64,000 bases of DNA from positions 1-64,000 of IMG/VR virus record IMGVR_UViG_3300020037_002731; one strand, written 5' to 3'. Source of the DNA: a virus. Taxonomy: Duplodnaviria; Caudoviricetes. The translations under genes were made by a program, and so were the position numbers. Shown one piece after another: positions 17,801 through 24,566 of the stretch (positions are counted from its first letter, which is position 1; the number at the start of each line of letters is the position of its first letter). The notes beneath the pieces were generated by a model. That model ran no database searches. It saw nothing but the letters and a program-made list of their open reading frames with translations, and was not told where the DNA came from.

Positions 17801-19323
17801 ATAAGCATTCTCTTACTAAGAGTTTGCCTCTTAATAGGATCTCCTTTTTTATTTTGAGCTAATTCTTTTTGAATATTTCTTAGTCTATCTACTTGAGTAT
17901 TAATTAAAGCATCAAGTTCTGGAGTACTATCAAGTATTTCATCTGAATTATGTATTTCTTCAGTTTCTTCTACTAACCTCATATGTTCTTGCCATCCAGT
18001 ATCTCCTTCCTCCTCATTAGCTAATAAAAAAGGTTCTTCATTTTCAGATAATTCAAAGTCTTCTTCTTCTTCTTCTTGATATTCTTGAGATTCAGGAACT
18101 TGATTTAAACTTTCATTTTGTAATCTTTCATTTTCCAAGATATTAGTAGCAACACTAAAAGCTTGTTCATATAAATTACTAGCTTTAGTAATTCCTAATA
18201 CTTTAAGTAAGTAATCAAATATTTCTTCAAATAAATTCTTGTATTCTTTAACTCCAAATAAAGGAGGTATATTTTGTAAATCTTTAATGAATTTAGCATT
18301 AGTAAACAAAGCTACTAAAAATTCATACTCATCAGCTATTGCATGAGATTTCTCTAATTTACTTTTAGCATACTCAAATAATTTATAAAAATCTTGAGCA
18401 GTTTCATTACCTTTTAATTGATTATAAGATATTGAGTGTAAAATTTCATGTACTAGAGAATATTCAGATTGTCCAGATAAAGATAATCCAAATTCAGCTA
18501 TGTAAATTTTATTTTCTTTAGGGTTATAATAAGCTATACCTTTATCTGAATTAAGCTTTAAACTTTCTGATCTTTCAAAAGACTGTACAGGAACTAATTC
18601 TATTTGAACATTATTCTCTTCACTATATTTAATAAGATGATTAGCTAATTTGTTTAATACATGGTCTGACTGGGCTATTTTTTTTAACACATCAACAGCA
18701 TCATTAGTACTTCCTTGAGAGAAATATTTATTCCTTAACTCTGTATCTGGTATTGCATTATTTTTAGTTTCTTCTTTATTAAATAATATAGTTTTATTAT
18801 CTCTTACTGGATCTAAGGTAACTTCATTCCAAGTATTTCCATATTCATCAGTAATTAAAGTAGGATTAAATCCTTGCTTTTTAAGAATATCTGCTATAGT
18901 TTTATTATAAAATTTATGAATATTTTTAGATTTACTTTGAATTCCTTGATAGTGATTTAATTCAGCACTAATCTCTTGAGTATAGCTTTCAAGTGCATCT
19001 TCAAATGTTAAACCATGTAATACTGTAGGATAATTAGTTTTATCTCCATCAATAGTCCATTGTAATTTCCAAGTATCATCTGCTGTTTGAGAATATTGAA
19101 TACTTTTTATTTTATCCGCTACTCTTAATTTCTCACTAATTATCTCTTCTGCATTTAAAGCATCTTCTAATTTTTCTACTTTAAGTGAAGTATTTCCAGT
19201 AGGAAATAGAATTTTGGTGTATTTTTGAACAGTTTTTGGTTGAACCATAGTTGTTCTAACTAAAGAATAAAATTCATCTTTAGTATAATCTTTACCTTTA
19301 TATTTATATATACAGTTTGCCAT
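14893..19323 (-). CDS. Large virion cargo/ejection protein (1476 aa) with zincin domain
   Basis: HEILH at 18436-18450 with downstream EFLVAL. C-terminal GRALMIFRRWLP and a hydrophobic helix resemble crAss giant cargo proteins. Lies downstream of the vRNAP gene. Confidence 0.75.
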   Translation of the reverse strand: MANCIYKYKGKDYTKDEFYSLVRTTMVQPKTVQKYTKILFPTGNTSLKVEKLEDALNAEEIISEKLRVADKIKSIQYSQTADDTWKLQWTIDGDKTNYPTVLHGLTFEDALESYTQEISAELNHYQGIQSKSKNIHKFYNKTIADILKKQGFNPTLITDEYGNTWNEVTLDPVRDNKTILFNKEETKNNAIPDTELRNKYFSQGSTNDAVDVLKKIAQSDHVLNKLANHLIKYSEENNVQIELVPVQSFERSESLKLNSDKGIAYYNPKENKIYIAEFGLSLSGQSEYSLVHEILHSISYNQLKGNETAQDFYKLFEYAKSKLEKSHAIADEYEFLVALFTNAKFIKDLQNIPPLFGVKEYKNLFEEIFDYLLKVLGITKASNLYEQAFSVATNILENERLQNESLNQVPESQEYQEEEEEDFELSENEEPFLLANEEEGDTGWQEHMRLVEETEEIHNSDEILDSTPELDALINTQVDRLRNIQKELAQNKKGDPIKRQTLSKRMLIVENSIKRLLENKGYYSLLYTQNRTILNGIEVLDNESQEDFKYIQNIIEDSKTLITEIYKVHSELNTEQKALLSDLQVNLGALQNKYNTVNIKVSNKEAEGVGITYQPTSTAKRDIGSLGKWFLSAAEAKDIPELQIISKWLNYAKNKINEQISTLKDTIFRVKQNNPDWREKVKTFFDSKGKFIIQSTSIYYEEEKRINQEKDRVIRDPNSTSTQMALAFQSVRDWYIKHAVYSRSDVGDAKYEKDLQDFLSINEDLRIKNPAQFEAELYLFEQENSPQAYLDYIAEVKLDPNHYVPGVRKRIGYRNLLVVPNSTFDNPEYEKIKDDELYLLIRNTIIQAQSLVPRKMTFDVGNFDKVLNEFTLDMSEQDPFTIKGLLGGLGKNFTEWFTQAKEGSNLTFNAVDSQGNDISFVLAPDVKKFMESKPEDIFEVLTKFYEMAVVYDQNSKILPTLQLYSDKLAERPKIKTNKFGTPLHKPKLLNGKIQRDSNGKIIKEEKPEEIKSGLQNARDLALFTIKSQIFGETKADEDTTFAFWMDKLINYTRLLGIGLKPFSAINNFIIGKLNNYAWAAKGTDFDDKSLLRAQNVIYGNILKAFNIDKSIGKDAKKLALLLDKYNILGSGINKFEGDLQNKFTDIMYFLMTSGEYMIHSEGFIAKMMHTPLTRLDGKEGTLWDYIQINDKDEVTYNTKEYGEQNFEEISPNSKLNNWLYQYNEYRKSTQGDYSNPLYVNQYAWGRALMIFRRWLPQAAYQRFGRESEDKNFKGRFLSVKDINVFYKKGSTNSVVPVIKTIARLVGEATYINAAKRKFKGQDFEAEYKALGLQDVDIKNMMVNIRELRLAAWTLGIAMALGAAAGDGDDDKGLNVAINTTNRIFQDLTFFASPTSAFNILKNPIPVITSYTRLKDVFDYGINYLGGGEDTYQKGVYEGYSKTVVAAAKATPGLAALPASISVAYQEFSSTSYKHIK

Positions 19324-21257
19324 TATTGTTCAGATTTATTTTGTTGTGATTGGAGATATAATACAGCAGGAGCTATACTTAAAGTCATTTTATTAAATAG
19401 TTTAATAAAAGCGTCTTTATCTTTTATATAAGGCTCAAATCTACTAAATACTGTATTACCATTTTTAATAGCTTTTTCAAGTTTTTCAGGTGTCAATATT
19501 TCATTATAATTTTTTATAACACCTGTGTTTTTTAAATCTTGTCTTAAATTAGTAGATAGAAATGCCCAAGTTTCAGTAGGTCTTGTAACATAAGACAATT
19601 CATCTTTAATAGTCTCTTCTATAGTTTTATTAGTTCTAAAAAGCCCTTTATCGCTACGTTTAAAATCTGATTTATATAAACTATTTGAAATTTCTTTAGC
19701 TTTTAAAGCTTTTGTTTTATCTACTTCTTCTAAATTTTTTACAAATATATTAGAAATATCATCTTGTAATTTTTGCGAACTATCTATAATATTTTTATTA
19801 ATATCGTGTGAAAGCTCATGCCAAACTATGGCATCATAATCTTCTATACTAGCTTTTTTATTAATATAGTTTATACTACTTTCTGATAAATCTTTTTTAA
19901 ATGTTTTATCTTTAGATAAAAAATTAAGCATTAAATCTTCTTTTTTAAAAGTAGAAACTCCCATAGCATCAACTATATCATCTTTAAATATTTCTTCCCC
20001 TGCTACTTGAAATCTATCATTTTTACCTATGTTATTTCCATAATCCCATCTTTTTTCAGATTTTTTATAAGCATCTAACAAATCAATATTATATTCATCC
20101 CCAAACTCTTTTAATCTTTTTAATGATTCAGGATTATCTAACTCTTTAAAATAAGCATTACCTTTTTTAACAATCTCCATATTTTTTCTTTCAGTAGAGG
20201 ATATGTTTTTTAAAACATCTTCGATTTTAAAATCTAAAGGTATTTGTTTTAATTTAGGTAAATTTTTAACTGCTTTAGTAGCATCTATTACTTTATCGGC
20301 TTTAGACAGTTTTCCAACTAATCCCGCACCTACTAAATTTAAAGGGTCTGTAATAATATCTTCACCTATATTAGCATTATTTTGTTTACCTTTTAAAGCA
20401 TCTTTAAACGAATAATTATCTTTATAAGCAGATTGCACCATTTTAGAAGGTATACTTAATGGTTGTAGTATGTTTAAAGGATTATCTTCTTTCTTAGCTT
20501 CCTCTTGTGATAATGATGGATTTTTAAAAGCAACTGGACTTCCTGCATTTCCTACACTTAACAATCCTTGTTCAAATTTACTCCAAATAGAAGGTTCTAT
20601 TTTACTTGAATAACTACTGTTTTTAATAAGCTCTAATTCTTTTTGAGTAAATCCTTGTAATGTTTTTAATCTATCATTAGAATAATCTGTATCAAAGGTA
20701 GGTTTTCTTTTAAATATATTTTCTACTACTTTATCATTAATTCTTTTATCATATTCTGCAACATTATTAGGATTCATATTTGTAGATGAAATACCCATGC
20801 TTCTACTAAATTTAGGCATAGCTTCATCTATAAATCTATCCTTACTATATTCTTTTTCAAATTGTCTTTTATCTTTTAACCATTGTGGAGCTTCTGCTGT
20901 TATAACTACTTCTTTTAAAGGTGTAGCAATATAAGTATCAGAATTTTTATCATAGCTCGTTAACTTCCCACTATTATACAAATCTCTATATTCAGGAGAA
21001 CTTATATCATATTCTTTAATTTGGTTATCCTGATTAACTTTTACTTTTTTATTAGGAGGATAAACACTACCATCACCCGCATATTGACTTGTAACAGGTA
21101 ATGTTTCTACTAAACTATCTATACAACCATGACAACCTTCTGATAGTTTTTGTTTAACCCAATTTCTTTTATTTGCAGGAATTATTACTTTATCTCCATT
21201 AGAATTTTCAAGTATTAATTCATTATGTTCCGCTTCTACGTTTATATTTTTATACAT
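19323..21257 (-). CDS. Virion-associated protein (644 aa) with C-terminal zincin metallopeptidase
   Basis: IVWHELSH followed by YVTRPTETWAF. N-terminal VEAEHNEL..NS.GD.VIIP...GCHGCIDSL module. Confidence 0.7.
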   Translation of the reverse strand: MYKNINVEAEHNELILENSNGDKVIIPANKRNWVKQKLSEGCHGCIDSLVETLPVTSQYAGDGSVYPPNKKVKVNQDNQIKEYDISSPEYRDLYNSGKLTSYDKNSDTYIATPLKEVVITAEAPQWLKDKRQFEKEYSKDRFIDEAMPKFSRSMGISSTNMNPNNVAEYDKRINDKVVENIFKRKPTFDTDYSNDRLKTLQGFTQKELELIKNSSYSSKIEPSIWSKFEQGLLSVGNAGSPVAFKNPSLSQEEAKKEDNPLNILQPLSIPSKMVQSAYKDNYSFKDALKGKQNNANIGEDIITDPLNLVGAGLVGKLSKADKVIDATKAVKNLPKLKQIPLDFKIEDVLKNISSTERKNMEIVKKGNAYFKELDNPESLKRLKEFGDEYNIDLLDAYKKSEKRWDYGNNIGKNDRFQVAGEEIFKDDIVDAMGVSTFKKEDLMLNFLSKDKTFKKDLSESSINYINKKASIEDYDAIVWHELSHDINKNIIDSSQKLQDDISNIFVKNLEEVDKTKALKAKEISNSLYKSDFKRSDKGLFRTNKTIEETIKDELSYVTRPTETWAFLSTNLRQDLKNTGVIKNYNEILTPEKLEKAIKNGNTVFSRFEPYIKDKDAFIKLFNKMTLSIAPAVLYLQSQQNKSEQ

Positions 21258-21261
21258 AATA

Positions 21262-22344
21262 TTAATTTTTAGGAATTACTAAACCATACTTTGCTGTAAA
21301 TTGAGTATTACCATTTTTAATACTAACCCCATCTTTACCAATAGTTAAATCTATTCCGCCTTCTTTGTGTGTAGGATAGCCTTTTAAATCTTTAATTACT
21401 TTCCATTTACCTCCTTTAGTAAAGGCTGTAGCTAATCCTTTTTCAGCTTTTAATTTACCTTTGCAATCTATTTCAAGTAAACCTTCTTTTTCTAACTCTC
21501 TTATTTTAGCTTCTACATCAGATTCTTGTACTTCTGTAACTGTTTGTTTTGCAGTTGATTGTATAATAGATTTAACAAAGAATGTAACCCAGTTTGAATC
21601 CTTATTAAGTAACTGTAAAAATGAGCTTTGCTTAAAAGATTCATCATATTTATTATGAATATCTTGTAATTTATTTTCAAGTGTATTATTAAATTTCTTA
21701 TACCAATCTTCTTGAAATTTATTAAACTTTTCATTAGTTCCTTCTGAAATACCTTCTTCATATGGTCTTACTCCATATTTCTTCTCAAATTCATCTCTTA
21801 GAGTATAATGTTTATCTATTCCGCCATCTTCAGTTAAAAGATTATAGTTTTCATTAAATAAATTTACTATTTCAGGAGTTAGATTAATAGTTCCAATAAG
21901 TTTACCATTAACAGATTTTCTATATCTTACTTCTTGTAATTGTCCAAAATCAAAAATCTTTTGGTCTGATAAGTCAATATCAGGTTTATCACTAATTTCA
22001 TATACATAAAAAGTTCCTGTTTGAGGATGATTAGAAGCACTCCAGTTACCCATTAAGGCTGCTCCAATAGATTTACTCGCTGAGGTTTCAGGTATTTGAG
22101 ATTTCTTAAATCCACCATATTTAGAGGTAACTAATCTATGTTTACCTTCATAATCTTCTACTTGTTCAGTAAAAGAAGTGGGTAAAAATCCAGTTTCATT
22201 TCCTAAATCAACATTAACTACTCTGTAAAACTTATTAGGTTTTGATACAAGAGATTGCTTATTAGCTAATGGTTTAGCAATTTGCTCTACAAATTCTTCT
22301 TTAGAATCATAGGTTACTCCTTTATATATATACTTACACGCCAT
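21262..22344 (-). CDS. Polyvalent cargo-type protein (360 aa) with possible ADP-ribosyltransferase-like domain
   Basis: FYRV / ETSASKS / LQEVRY spacing. Also NWVTFFVKSIIQ segment and C-terminal THKEGG motif. Confidence 0.6.
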   Translation of the reverse strand: MACKYIYKGVTYDSKEEFVEQIAKPLANKQSLVSKPNKFYRVVNVDLGNETGFLPTSFTEQVEDYEGKHRLVTSKYGGFKKSQIPETSASKSIGAALMGNWSASNHPQTGTFYVYEISDKPDIDLSDQKIFDFGQLQEVRYRKSVNGKLIGTINLTPEIVNLFNENYNLLTEDGGIDKHYTLRDEFEKKYGVRPYEEGISEGTNEKFNKFQEDWYKKFNNTLENKLQDIHNKYDESFKQSSFLQLLNKDSNWVTFFVKSIIQSTAKQTVTEVQESDVEAKIRELEKEGLLEIDCKGKLKAEKGLATAFTKGGKWKVIKDLKGYPTHKEGGIDLTIGKDGVSIKNGNTQFTAKYGLVIPKN

Positions 22345-23063
22345 TATCTATTATGTTTTTTAAAACTTCTATTTATTTGTTGCACTCCAGATTTAGAAAT
22401 CCCATATAAAGGAGCTATTTCCTTATACATTTTACCTTGTTTTATAAGCTCAATTATTTCATTTCTTTGAGCCTCTGTCAATTTTTGTTTAGGAGAAATC
22501 TTATTGGTTCTTCTGGTTAAATGTTTTTCTTCCTCTTTTACAATATAATCTGGAATATTTTTCCAACTTCTATGAGCTTTAATTTCAGATATTGTAGTAA
22601 TACCTACTTTATACTTTTCAGCAATTTCTTTCAAAGAGATATTAAAGGCAATCATCTTCTTAATATCATAAATATCTTCTATTGGTATTTTAGAATTAGT
22701 TTGTCCTTCATTATAAAGCTTAATTCTTGTCTTAGACATTTTATCAATAGTAGAAGAATCAAATTCTACACAGTCTCCTCCTGTAGTTAAATTTAATCCA
22801 TTAATATTATTACCTCTAAAACTGTCAAATTCCTTAACATATTTCTTTTCTAAAACATTAAGTTCCTCTCTTGTAAAATTTCCCTTTTCAACAATTTCAA
22901 AAGAATGATTTTCTACTCCATGTTTTAAAAAAGACCTATATAATAGAATTTGAGCCTTACAATTTAATTCTTTATATCTGTTAAGTCTATATTCAACATC
23001 TTTAGATTGTCCAATATAGATTTTATTAGTAGGGGAAATAACTTTATAAATTCCTGATTTCAT
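22344..23063 (-). CDS. Free-standing GIY-YIG homing endonuclease with C-terminal HTH repeats
   Basis: SGIYKV...IYIGQS...R...Y...E...NGLN. True start is likely MKSGIY at 23063, because the ORF-track start lies upstream of the promoter. Confidence 0.9.
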   Translation of the reverse strand: MKSGIYKVISPTNKIYIGQSKDVEYRLNRYKELNCKAQILLYRSFLKHGVENHSFEIVEKGNFTREELNVLEKKYVKEFDSFRGNNINGLNLTTGGDCVEFDSSTIDKMSKTRIKLYNEGQTNSKIPIEDIYDIKKMIAFNISLKEIAEKYKVGITTISEIKAHRSWKNIPDYIVKEEEKHLTRRTNKISPKQKLTEAQRNEIIELIKQGKMYKEIAPLYGISKSGVQQINRSFKKHNR

Positions 23064-23082
23064 TTTTAGTATATTTGAACTA

Positions 23083-23114
23083 CAAAGATACAACATTAAT
23101 TTGTAATTTCCAAA
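23083..23114 (-). promoter_or_regulatory. Bacteroidota sigma70-type promoter driving the GIY-YIG gene
   Basis: TTTG-gaaattacaaattaatgttg(20 nt)-TATCTTTG. Confidence 0.8.
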
Positions 23115-23132
23115 TTTTATTGAAAAAAGTTA

Positions 23133-24563
23133 TTAACATTCTACTTTAAGTTCTCCACTTTTCTTTAATTGTTCAATAATAGCTTCTACATTACCTAAAT
23201 TTCTTCCTTTTTGGAAAATTTCAGATTGTACTTCTAGTATTCTACGGGTTTTAGGATTTCCTTCTAGTAAGTCAGATAAATATCCTCTTGTACTAATAAC
23301 TTTAGATTTATCAACTTTAGCTACAGTATCATCTATATCAGATTTCCAATCTTCAAAACCATAAGTAGCTCCTCTTGCATCAAATCTTTTCTTAAACTCA
23401 TCTTTAGGTATAGTAATTACTTTATCAAAGTCAGACATTCTTTCTTTAAGAATATTAGTGTTTGAAACAAATAACCTTTTACCTTCTTTTTTAGCTTGTA
23501 ATTTTAATCTATCAAATAGATTAAGCATAAATTCATTATACTCTTTAGGTTTTCTACCTTTATATTCTTGTCTTGTTTCAGAACTTCTATTAGTATCTAT
23601 AAAAGCAATTACTTCATTTGCATAATCATCATCTAAACTAATAAAATCATTATTTCCTTTTTGTTTTAAATAACTTTTACCAATAGTAGGATGTCCAAAT
23701 ATTATTTTATCATTTTTTGTTATAGGATTATATTGAGCAGTTTCACTGTTTAAAAAATCATCTTCTTCTTTCCAACCAACTATTTTGTTTTCTTTATCAT
23801 CACTTCTAAACCATCCAATACCATTTTCAGTACTAAATTGAGCATGTCCTTTAATACTTGGAATAATATCAGGAATTCTTATTTCATTTTCAGTGTAATT
23901 AGTACCTCCTGGAACTGTTAGATTAGAGTAATAGGAAGTAGGCTCACTATATAAATATTCTTCTTCTCCATATTCTTCTCCAGTATCTATATCTCTAAAA
24001 GAAGATTTAGTACTTTCTTTATTTAAAGCAGTATTAATTTCAACACTATATCCATAATTAGCTAATAAAGAAGCTATTAATTCTCCTTTACTCATACCTT
24101 CAGAGTAAGTATCTTTTAATAATTGAATTTGTTGAGAACTTGCACCTTTAAGATCATTTAAAAATCCTTGAAAGTTCTTACCAGGCTCTCTAACTTTATT
24201 GGAGCTAAGTAAGTCTATTATTCTTAAAGAATAATTAACTTCATCTGAATCTTCTACATTAGCAAATAATACTCCTTGTAGTTCTTTAGATACTGGTAAT
24301 ACATCAACACTTAACTTATGCCTTCCTGGAGCTTCAGTTTGAATACTAGCTACTTTAGCACCTAATTTCTTATTAGTACTTGATACAAAATTATAAGCTG
24401 CCTGAATATTATTTTTCAGGGTGTATAATTTGTTATTGAATTTTCTAAAAGCTTTACTATCTACAGCATCTTGAAAGACCTGTACATGAATTTCTGATAA
24501 CCTTTCTTTTTCAGTTTCAGAAATTTCTTCTTTTTCTATATAATTAAATTTACAGTTTACCAT
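23133..24563 (-). CDS. Polyvalent cargo-type protein (476 aa) with an inserted P-loop kinase-like domain
   Basis: YSNLTVPGG...GHAQF...GWFRSDD, Walker A GHPTIGKS (23673-23696), RRILEVQSEIFQKGR. Confidence 0.7.
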   Translation of the reverse strand: MVNCKFNYIEKEEISETEKERLSEIHVQVFQDAVDSKAFRKFNNKLYTLKNNIQAAYNFVSSTNKKLGAKVASIQTEAPGRHKLSVDVLPVSKELQGVLFANVEDSDEVNYSLRIIDLLSSNKVREPGKNFQGFLNDLKGASSQQIQLLKDTYSEGMSKGELIASLLANYGYSVEINTALNKESTKSSFRDIDTGEEYGEEEYLYSEPTSYYSNLTVPGGTNYTENEIRIPDIIPSIKGHAQFSTENGIGWFRSDDKENKIVGWKEEDDFLNSETAQYNPITKNDKIIFGHPTIGKSYLKQKGNNDFISLDDDYANEVIAFIDTNRSSETRQEYKGRKPKEYNEFMLNLFDRLKLQAKKEGKRLFVSNTNILKERMSDFDKVITIPKDEFKKRFDARGATYGFEDWKSDIDDTVAKVDKSKVISTRGYLSDLLEGNPKTRRILEVQSEIFQKGRNLGNVEAIIEQLKKSGELKVEC

Positions 24564-24566
24564 TTC

